From the NCBI GenBank assembly GCA_963664395.2, contig OY761159.2, forward strand, positions 4,032,001 to 4,096,000: a DNA stretch of 64,000 nucleotides, given 5' to 3'. This DNA is from Candidatus Binatia bacterium. GTDB taxonomy: Bacteria; Desulfobacterota; Binatia; Bin18. Made by a program: the position numbers and the translations under genes. Below are positions 29,156-37,029 of the stretch, one piece after another. The notes beneath the pieces are model-generated. The model was not told the origin of the DNA, ran no database searches, and worked only from the letters and a program-made list of their open reading frames with translations. Position 1 is the stretch's first letter; every line of letters begins with the position of its first letter.

Positions 29156-30409
29156 GTGCCGGAACTTTTTGATTTCATCCCGCCCGAGTGGCGCCTGGGT
29201 TGGGAATTTCGCTGGCGAGATGTGATTGACATCGCCTGTATGACGTTCTTCGTGTACCAGGCATATATCCGCTTTCGTGGGACGCAGGCCGCACGGATAG
29301 GGGCAGGCTTGGCCGTGCTGGGCACATTCTACTTCCTGGCAAGCCAAGCCGGGCTCTTTTTAACCACCTGGGTGCTGGGCGGTATTTGGGCCGCGGTCTT
29401 TGTTCTGGTCGTCGTCGTGTTCCAGGCTGAAATTCGTCAGATTCTTGAGCGGGTCACCCCTGTCCTCTTAACCTCAAATGTTTTTCGTCGGATCTCTGCT
29501 GAGACCCGGGTTGCTGATTTCCTGGTCACCATAGCGGACACGTGTTTTACCCTGGCGAAAAAGCGCTGTGGCGCAATTCTCGTTCTTGAGCGGAACGACT
29601 CGGTAGAACCCTTATTGCGTAGCCAGGGAGTCCTGATTGATGCCAAAGTCAGCGCTTTACTCCTTGACAATCTGTTTACGCCCTCCAGCCCGCTGCACGA
29701 CGGTGCGGTCTATCTTCGGGCCGGGCGGGTCTGTCGGGCTGGCTGCATTTTGCCACTCTCAGAATCACGCTCGCTGCCCTATACGTATGGAACTCGTCAT
29801 CGGGCCGCCCTAGGAATTACTGAGCGTTCTGACGCGCTGGCCATGGTTGTTTCGGAAGAGCAAGGCGCCGTCTCCGTTGTCGATCATGGCGGTATGGTGA
29901 CGCTGCCAGGATCGTCCGAGCTGCTGGAATGGCTGAATTCGCGTCTTTCCGGGGCCGCAGGAAAAAGGCGCGCCCAAGGGGGGTGGCGCGACATCCTGGT
30001 GGCCAATATGCGTGCCAAGATTGGTGCGCTGGCAACAGTCTGCATCCTGTGGCTGATTCTGGTCGGCCCGCAAAACACCGAAGTCGGATTCGCCGTTCCC
30101 GTGGTCTATTACAATATCCCAGGGGATTTGGACATGATTGGCAAGAATACCCAGGAAGTCTACCTGCGGGTGCGCGGCTCGCGAGAACTGCTGACCTTGC
30201 TTGACCCGCGAGGTCTTCGGGCACAAGTCGATCTTTCAAATGCAAGCGCCGGGCGGAGTCGCCTCCCCCTGACTGAGCACGATGTGAACGTCCCGCTCGG
30301 CCTCCAAGTCGCCGGTATGGACCCATCGAGCGTGAGCGTTCGTCTCAAGGAACGTCCGTCTCCACCGAAAGAATCAGAGCAAAACGGCACCGCGCGACAG
30401 ACGTCGTAA
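29156..30409 (+). CDS. cdaA: Diadenylate cyclase CdaA fused to a YbbR/CdaR domain
   Basis: 3 N-terminal TMs, FQAEIR, PLHDGAV, GTRHRAALG, VSEE. Then a TM and YbbR-like VRGS...DLS. Confidence 0.88.
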   Translation: MPELFDFIPPEWRLGWEFRWRDVIDIACMTFFVYQAYIRFRGTQAARIGAGLAVLGTFYFLASQAGLFLTTWVLGGIWAAVFVLVVVVFQAEIRQILERVTPVLLTSNVFRRISAETRVADFLVTIADTCFTLAKKRCGAILVLERNDSVEPLLRSQGVLIDAKVSALLLDNLFTPSSPLHDGAVYLRAGRVCRAGCILPLSESRSLPYTYGTRHRAALGITERSDALAMVVSEEQGAVSVVDHGGMVTLPGSSELLEWLNSRLSGAAGKRRAQGGWRDILVANMRAKIGALATVCILWLILVGPQNTEVGFAVPVVYYNIPGDLDMIGKNTQEVYLRVRGSRELLTLLDPRGLRAQVDLSNASAGRSRLPLTEHDVNVPLGLQVAGMDPSSVSVRLKERPSPPKESEQNGTARQTS

Positions 30410-30418
30410 GGCCCTCTC

Positions 30419-31849
30419 TTACGTCGCCTGCTCCACCGCCGCCTGTAACAACTCCCACACCCGCGCCACGTGTTCATGCGTGGTGGCCTGGTTGCCGATG
30501 GCAACGCGGATGGCGTACCGGTCGTTCAGCTTGGTGTGCGACAGGTACGCCTGCCCGCTGGCGTTCACCGCGTCGATGAGGCTGGCATTATGCTCATCCG
30601 GGTTGCGGTCGCCGGCCGGCAGGTGACGGAAACAGACGGTGGAGAACGGGACCGGCGCCAGCCGCTCCCAGTCCGGGGCTGCGTCGATTTGCTCGGCCAG
30701 CCAGCGGGCTTCCCGCATATGGCCGCCGATGATCGCGGCCAGCCCCGCACGCCCGTACGCGCGGATGACCATCCACAGTTTGAGCGCACGAAAGCGCCGA
30801 CCCAGAGACAGGCCGTAGTCCATCAGATTGACCACATCCTGCTCGTCGGTCCTGAGATACTCGGCCACCAGCGAAAAGGCGCGTTTGAGATCGTCGGGCC
30901 GGCGTGTATAGAGCAGACTGCAATCTATCGGGGTCAGCAGCCACTTATGCGGGTTGGTGACAAACGAGTCGGCGCGCTCACAGCCGGCCAGTACGCTTCG
31001 ATGGGAGGGGACCAGGGCCGCGGCTCCACCATAGGCGGCATCAACGTGCAGCCATACATTGTACCGCTCGCAAATATCCGCAAGGGCAGGAACCGGATCA
31101 ATGCTTGTTGACGAGGTCGTGCCGACCGTTGCCACAACGGCGAGGGGTTTGACCCCAGCCGCCAGGTCGCTCTTGATGGCCTGCTCCAGGAGGTCCGGTC
31201 GCATCCGAAACTCGGCGTCCGTCTCAACATGCCTGGTCCAACGTCGCCCGATTCCGAGGGCAATAGCCGCTTTATCAATCGAACTGTGGGCCTGGGTTGA
31301 GGTGTAAATCGCCAGCGGTGGCAAGTCGTCTCGACCCGCCATGCCGTGCTCGCGAATATCCAGGCCGGCCGCTTCCCGCGCCGCGGCCAGCGCATATAAA
31401 GAGGAGGCCGAGGCCGTATCTGTAATTTCTCCGAACCAGTCGGTGGGCAGGCCGAGCATCTCGGCGACCCAGCGCAGCGTGCGCTGCTCCAGTTCGGTTG
31501 CCGCGGGCGAGGTGCGCCACAACATGGCATTGACGTTGAGCGCGGCCGAAATCAGTTCGCCTATAATGCCGGGTCCCGACCCACTGATCCCGAAATAGGC
31601 AAAGAAGGCCGGATGATTCCAGTGTGTAATGCCAGGAAGAATGAGACGGTCAACGTCTTTGAGAATCACCTCCAGCGACTCGCCGTGTTCGGGCGGGCTC
31701 TCGGGCAGACTTGCTGCGATATCGCCCGGTGAGACAGTCGCCAGGACTGGCCGGTCGCCAACATGTTGCAAATAGGACGCGACCCATGCCGCCGCTTCAG
31801 AGAGCGCGTGTTGGAGCTCTTGCGGACTTGGGCCTATCTGTCGAGTCAT
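30419..31849 (-). CDS. Group II PLP decarboxylase, aromatic-L-amino-acid decarboxylase-like
   Basis: PGITHWNHP, SPAATELE, AHSSIDKA, LHVDAAYGG, NPHKWL, LGRRFRALKLW. Confidence 0.92.
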   Translation of the reverse strand: MTRQIGPSPQELQHALSEAAAWVASYLQHVGDRPVLATVSPGDIAASLPESPPEHGESLEVILKDVDRLILPGITHWNHPAFFAYFGISGSGPGIIGELISAALNVNAMLWRTSPAATELEQRTLRWVAEMLGLPTDWFGEITDTASASSLYALAAAREAAGLDIREHGMAGRDDLPPLAIYTSTQAHSSIDKAAIALGIGRRWTRHVETDAEFRMRPDLLEQAIKSDLAAGVKPLAVVATVGTTSSTSIDPVPALADICERYNVWLHVDAAYGGAAALVPSHRSVLAGCERADSFVTNPHKWLLTPIDCSLLYTRRPDDLKRAFSLVAEYLRTDEQDVVNLMDYGLSLGRRFRALKLWMVIRAYGRAGLAAIIGGHMREARWLAEQIDAAPDWERLAPVPFSTVCFRHLPAGDRNPDEHNASLIDAVNASGQAYLSHTKLNDRYAIRVAIGNQATTHEHVARVWELLQAAVEQAT

Positions 31850-32042
31850 GCTGAAGACCGTAGCACAAAAGAAAAATAGACTGGAACGGTGTGACGCCGC
31901 TCCACCCTGGGCGTGCGGGTATTTTGTCCGCATTTTGTCCGCCTCCTGCCCGCCTCAGTTGGGGCGGACGGCGGGAGAATGCCGGTGGCTGGCATAGATT
32001 TTTCAATGACGCTAGAGTGAGGTGGAGAGAGCGAGGCGTCCT

Positions 32043-33716
32043 ATGAGTACGGCCCTGAGCACCGGACGGATCGAGTTTGCGACCCAGCCTGAGCACTATC
32101 GGCACTGGACCGTGTCGATTGACGGGCGGGTCGCCACCCTGGCGATGGATGTGCAGGAAGATGCGCCCCTGGTTCCGGGCTATGAGCTCAAACTCAATTC
32201 GTATGACCTGGGCGTGGACATTGAACTCTACGATGCAGTTCAGCGCTTGCGCTTTGAGCATCCCGAAGTCGCCGCGGTGGTGCTCCGTTCGGCCAAGCCC
32301 CAGGTCTTTTGTGCCGGGGCAAACATTCGCATGCTGGCCCAGTCTTCACACGCGCATAAGGTCAACTTTTGCAAATTCACGAACGAGACCCGCAACAGCA
32401 TTGAAGACGCCAGCGCCTACTCCGGGCAGACATATATATGCGCCATTAATGGAGCTGCCTCAGGTGGTGGCTATGAACTGGCCCTGGCTTGTGAGCATAT
32501 TATTCTCATTGACGATGGCGCAAGCGCGGTGGCCCTGCCCGAGTTGCCGTTGTTAGCGGTTTTGCCCGGAACCGGCGGCCTGACGCGTCTTGTTGACAAA
32601 CGGCACGTGCGGCGTGATCACGCTGATTTCTTTTGTACAACGTCTGAGGGCTTGCGTGGAAAACGGGCCCGCGAGTGGAATCTGGTTGACGAACTCGCTC
32701 CGCGCTCGAGTTTTGATGAAACGGTGCAAACGCGGGCTTTGACTTTTGCCGCCCAATCGGACCGTCCTGCTGACGCGGTCGGAATCTCCCTGACTCCCCT
32801 GGCCCGCTCTATTGAAGACACGACCATTGCCTACGAGCATGTGACGATCGAGCTGGACCGAGCGCTGCGGACCGCCTCGTTCACGATCCACGCGCCGAGC
32901 GGCGACCTGCCGCTCACACTGGAAGCCGTCCATACTGCCGGGGCGCGCTTCTGGCCCCTGGCGCTCGCGCGTGAGTTTGACGACGCCATGCTGCACTTAC
33001 GGCTGAATGAAGAAGAGATCGGGACGTGGGTTTTTCGCACAAGCGGAGAGGCCGCTTTGGTCGAAGCCGCTGACCGCCTCCTGTCCGAGCACGCGGATGA
33101 CTGGCTGATACGCGAGATTACCTTATATCTCAAACGGACCTTCCAACGTCTGGATGTAAGCGCGCGGAGCCTGATTGCTCTGATTGAGCCGGGCAGTTGT
33201 TTCGTCGGAACTCTGCTCGAACTGGCGTTGGCCGCTGACCGGTCGTATATGCTGGACGGTACGTCTGAGGGAAGTGGGCTGCCTCCGGCGGCTCTCCGTT
33301 TGACGCCCATGAACTTTGGGCCGCTACCCATGAATAACGCGCTCACCCGCCTGACCGGCCGCTTCCCGGCTCAGCCGGATCATATTGCAGAGTTGGCGGC
33401 GTATTGTGAGCGGGATATCGACGCCGAGACGGCTGACGCACTTGGGCTCGTCACTTTTACCCCGGATGATATCGACTGGGAGGACGAAGTCAGACTGGCC
33501 CTGGAAGAACGCGCCAGTTTCTCGCCCGACGCCCTCACCGGGATGGAGGCCAGCCTGCGCTTTGCCGGCCAGGAAACCCTCCAAACCAAGATATTCGGGC
33601 GTCTGAGCGCCTGGCAAAACTGGATATTTCAGCGCCCGAATGCCGTCGGCGAAGACGGGGCCTTGACGCTGTATGGCACGGGCAAACAGAGCCGTTTTCG
33701 GAAACAGAGGGTGTAG
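32043..33716 (+). CDS. boxC: 2,3-epoxybenzoyl-CoA dihydrolase
   Basis: YELKLNSYDLGVDIEL, FCAGANI, KVNFCKFTNETR, RLSAWQNWIFQRPNA. Confidence 0.95.
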   Translation: MSTALSTGRIEFATQPEHYRHWTVSIDGRVATLAMDVQEDAPLVPGYELKLNSYDLGVDIELYDAVQRLRFEHPEVAAVVLRSAKPQVFCAGANIRMLAQSSHAHKVNFCKFTNETRNSIEDASAYSGQTYICAINGAASGGGYELALACEHIILIDDGASAVALPELPLLAVLPGTGGLTRLVDKRHVRRDHADFFCTTSEGLRGKRAREWNLVDELAPRSSFDETVQTRALTFAAQSDRPADAVGISLTPLARSIEDTTIAYEHVTIELDRALRTASFTIHAPSGDLPLTLEAVHTAGARFWPLALAREFDDAMLHLRLNEEEIGTWVFRTSGEAALVEAADRLLSEHADDWLIREITLYLKRTFQRLDVSARSLIALIEPGSCFVGTLLELALAADRSYMLDGTSEGSGLPPAALRLTPMNFGPLPMNNALTRLTGRFPAQPDHIAELAAYCERDIDAETADALGLVTFTPDDIDWEDEVRLALEERASFSPDALTGMEASLRFAGQETLQTKIFGRLSAWQNWIFQRPNAVGEDGALTLYGTGKQSRFRKQRV

Positions 33717-33718
33717 CC

Positions 33719-35152
33719 ATGGCGATTGATTATACTGAGCGCATTCCGAACAATGTTGCCCTAGCCGACAACCGCCGACTCCAACGCGCTCTGGAGTCGT
33801 GGCAACCGAATTATTTACGCTGGTGGGATGAGTGTGGTCCTGAAGGCACGCAGGCGTTTGACGTCTACCTGCGAACGGCTGTCAGTGTCGAGTCCGACGG
33901 CTGGGCACATTTTGACTATGTGAAAATGTCGGACTACCGCTGGGGTATTTTCTTGGCCAATCCGCACGCAGAGCGGCGTATTGCCTTTGGTGACCATATG
34001 GGAGAGCCGGCCTGGCAGGAAGTACCAGGCGAATATCGCAGCTTATTACGCCGCCTGATCGTCACCCAAGGTGATACCGAACCTGCCTCCGTCGAACAAC
34101 AGCGCCATCTGGGCCACACCTGCCCATCACTGTATGACCTGCGCAACCTGTTTCAGATCAATGTTGAAGAGGGCCGCCATCTGTGGGCCATGGTGTACGT
34201 GCTGCACGCCTATTTTGGCCGCGATGGCCGTGAAGAAGCCGAGCTGATGCTGGAGCGCCATTCCGGTGATGTGGATAAACCGCGTATCCTGGGTGCATTC
34301 AATGAAGAGACGCCGCACTGGCTGTCCTATTTTATGTTTACCTTTTTCACCGACCGCGACGGGAAATATCAGCTCGCCTCGCTGGCCGAATCCAGCTTCG
34401 ATCCTTTAGCCCGCACCTGCCAGTTCATGCTCACGGAAGAAGCGCATCACATGTTTGTAGGTGAAACCGGTGTGATGCGGATTATCCAACGCACCTGCGC
34501 AGTCATGAACGAACTCCGGACCGATGACCCTGCGCGTATCCGGGCGGCAGGGGCCATAGACCTGCCGACCTTGCAGCGCTTCATCAATTTTCATTACAGC
34601 GTCTCGCTCGACCTGTTTGGCCAAGAACGTTCGACCAACGCCGCGGACTACTTTACGACCGGTCTCAAAGGCCGCTATCGCGAAACCCGTATCAATGACG
34701 ACCATCGTCTCACGGATCTGACCTGGCCGGTCTGTCGCCCCCAAGATGGTATTATTGGGTATGAAGAAGCTCCGGCTTTACTCGCCATTAACGAACGCTT
34801 ACGAGACGATTATATTGCCGATACGCAGCGTGGTCTGGACCGCTGGAACAAGGTGATTGAACAGCGGGGTATTGAGAGCCCGCTCCGCCTGCCACATCGT
34901 GGCTTCCACCGGCAGATTGGCGCTTTTTCTGATGTCCATATCTCTCCTCAAGGAGATATGGTTACGGCTGAAGAGTGGCAGCGTCAGCTTTCCTCCTGGC
35001 TGCCGACCGAGGAGGATCATGCCTTTGTGGTCTCGCTCATGCAGCCGGTCACCGAACCGGGTGCAATGGCGAGCTGGATCGCCCCGCCGGCCCGTGGGAT
35101 AAACAGTCAGCCCCTCGACTTTCCGTATGTGCACCATGCGGAAAACGCATAG
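33719..35152 (+). CDS. boxB: Benzoyl-CoA 2,3-epoxidase subunit B
   Basis: IPNNV, QGDTEPASVEQQ, diiron motifs NVEEGRH and MLTEEAHH. Confidence 0.97.
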   Translation: MAIDYTERIPNNVALADNRRLQRALESWQPNYLRWWDECGPEGTQAFDVYLRTAVSVESDGWAHFDYVKMSDYRWGIFLANPHAERRIAFGDHMGEPAWQEVPGEYRSLLRRLIVTQGDTEPASVEQQRHLGHTCPSLYDLRNLFQINVEEGRHLWAMVYVLHAYFGRDGREEAELMLERHSGDVDKPRILGAFNEETPHWLSYFMFTFFTDRDGKYQLASLAESSFDPLARTCQFMLTEEAHHMFVGETGVMRIIQRTCAVMNELRTDDPARIRAAGAIDLPTLQRFINFHYSVSLDLFGQERSTNAADYFTTGLKGRYRETRINDDHRLTDLTWPVCRPQDGIIGYEEAPALLAINERLRDDYIADTQRGLDRWNKVIEQRGIESPLRLPHRGFHRQIGAFSDVHISPQGDMVTAEEWQRQLSSWLPTEEDHAFVVSLMQPVTEPGAMASWIAPPARGINSQPLDFPYVHHAENA

Positions 35153-35212
35153 GTCAAGACAGCACTCAACAAGACGGCGTTCAACGAGACATGGTTCAAG
35201 AGGGGAGCAGGC

Positions 35213-36913
35213 ATGCAGGCCAATACAGTGACCATTGATACTGTTGACTCTATTGATTCTGCGGGTTCATCAGCGTCCATTCGGTTTGCTCCACGTTTCA
35301 ATGTTGCCGTGGCGTTTATCGACCGGCATCTGGAAGAAGGACGGGCGCATAAGGCCGCCATCCGCACGGTCCACGGCGATGTAACCTATGGGCAGCTTGC
35401 TGAGAACGTCAATCGGTGTGGCAATGCTCTACGCTCGATGGGAGTCGAGAGCGGCAACCGGCTGTTCATGATCGTCAAAGATTGCCCTGAGTTTTTCTTT
35501 CTCTTTTGGGGCGCTATTAAGGCCGGGATTGTGCCCGTACCGGTCAACACGCTGCTCCGGGCGGCCGATTATCAATACATGATAGACGACTCCGATTGTG
35601 CGCTTGTGGTCTATTCTTCGGAGTATGCGCAGAGCGTAGAATCCGCCCTTGCCGAGGCCGAACGCAAACCTCAGTCCTTATGCGTCGCCGGGGAAGGGCG
35701 CATGGCAGGGGGAGGCTCCAGCCTGGCAGCTCGTATGCAGGCCGTGTCTGCTGAGTTGGAACCCGCACCGGCTACGGCCGAAGACGACTGCTTTTGGCTG
35801 TATTCCTCAGGCTCGACCGGCCGGCCCAAAGGTGCGGTCCACCGCCAGCGAGACATGGTGGTCACCTGTGTCCGGTACGCCCGGAGTGTCCTGGGTATGA
35901 CCGAAGATGATGTGTGTTTCTCCGCGGCCAAGCTGTTCTTTGCCTATGGTCTTGGGAACGCCATGACGTTTCCGCTCTGGTGCGGAGCCAGCGCAGTATT
36001 AAGCGATCAGCGTCCCTCGCCGGATATGACGTTTGCACTGATTGAACGTTTTCAGCCCACGCTCTATTTCGGGGTGCCGACTTTGTACGCGGCTCAATTG
36101 CTCGCCCTGGAGCAAAAAGAAGAACAAAAACAAAAACCGCGCGAGTTCCCGTCCTTACGCGCCTGTGTCTCGGCCGGCGAGGCTCTTCCGGCTGAGGTGT
36201 TCCGTCGCTGGAAAGAGTACACCGGCCTGACGATTCTGGATGGAATCGGCTCGACCGAACTGCTGCATATTTTCATTTCCAACCGCCCGGATGATTACAA
36301 GCCGGGCACCAGTGGCCGCCCGGTTCCCGGCTACGAGGCCAAGATTGTGGATGAAAGCGGGAAGCCTGTCGCTGTCGGCGATATGGGCCGCCTCCTGATT
36401 CGGGGCCAATCCGGGGCCGCCTATTACTGGAACAACCCCGAGAAGACCGCACAAACCATGCTGGGAGACTGGAACAACCCCGAGAAGACCGCACAAACCA
36501 TGCTGGGAGACTGGATCAACACCGGAGATACCTATGTCCAAGACGAAGATGGGTATTTTGCCTACTGCGGACGGGCGGATGACATGCTCAAGGTCTCGGG
36601 CCAGTGGGTCTCGCCGGCCGAAGTCGAGAGCATCCTGTTTCAACACCCGGCCGTGCTGGAGGCCGCTATTGTCGGCTGGGAAGACGACAATAGCCTGACC
36701 AAACCCAAAGCCTTTGTGGTGCTCAAAGAAGGCCGACCCGCCTCAGAAGACTTGGCCCAAGAACTGAGCGCTTTTGTTAAAGACCGCACTCTGCCGCATA
36801 AATACCCACGCTGGGTCGAATTCGTATCCGAGCTGCCTAAGACTGCGACCGGAAAAATTCAGCGCTATAAGCTGCGCACGCCTTCCTTTGGATTCCCGTT
36901 TTCACGGGAATGA
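35213..36913 (+). CDS. Benzoate-CoA ligase family protein
   Basis: YSSGSTGRPKG, AKLFFAYGLGN, DGIGSTELLHIF, GRADDMLKVSG, LPKTATGKIQR. Confidence 0.93.
   Translation: MQANTVTIDTVDSIDSAGSSASIRFAPRFNVAVAFIDRHLEEGRAHKAAIRTVHGDVTYGQLAENVNRCGNALRSMGVESGNRLFMIVKDCPEFFFLFWGAIKAGIVPVPVNTLLRAADYQYMIDDSDCALVVYSSEYAQSVESALAEAERKPQSLCVAGEGRMAGGGSSLAARMQAVSAELEPAPATAEDDCFWLYSSGSTGRPKGAVHRQRDMVVTCVRYARSVLGMTEDDVCFSAAKLFFAYGLGNAMTFPLWCGASAVLSDQRPSPDMTFALIERFQPTLYFGVPTLYAAQLLALEQKEEQKQKPREFPSLRACVSAGEALPAEVFRRWKEYTGLTILDGIGSTELLHIFISNRPDDYKPGTSGRPVPGYEAKIVDESGKPVAVGDMGRLLIRGQSGAAYYWNNPEKTAQTMLGDWNNPEKTAQTMLGDWINTGDTYVQDEDGYFAYCGRADDMLKVSGQWVSPAEVESILFQHPAVLEAAIVGWEDDNSLTKPKAFVVLKEGRPASEDLAQELSAFVKDRTLPHKYPRWVEFVSELPKTATGKIQRYKLRTPSFGFPFSRE
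36426..36515. repeat. Exact 42-bp in-frame tandem duplication within the CoA ligase
   Basis: ACTGGAACAACCCCGAGAAGACCGCACAAACCATGCTGGGAG x2, followed by ACTGGA. Confidence 0.97.
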
Positions 36914-36914
36914 C
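36890..36914. repeat. Palindromic REP/dRS3-like element
   Basis: GGATTCCC-GTTTTCAC-GGGAATGAC matches ATTCCC-N8-GGGAAT. Confidence 0.7.
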
Positions 36915-37029
36915 AGACCGTATTGCGTCATATCTGCTAGGTATCCAGCCCCAAAAGGGGCTGGTCTTAGCCCGCTGCTTCGGTAAATTAAACGCCACGT
37001 GGATGTATAATCTGCGAGATGAAAAGCCT

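Noticed and set aside
36910-37029. Cyclase start at 36910
   Set aside because: That ATG comes from the dRS3-like palindrome; the zinc ribbon begins at 37030.
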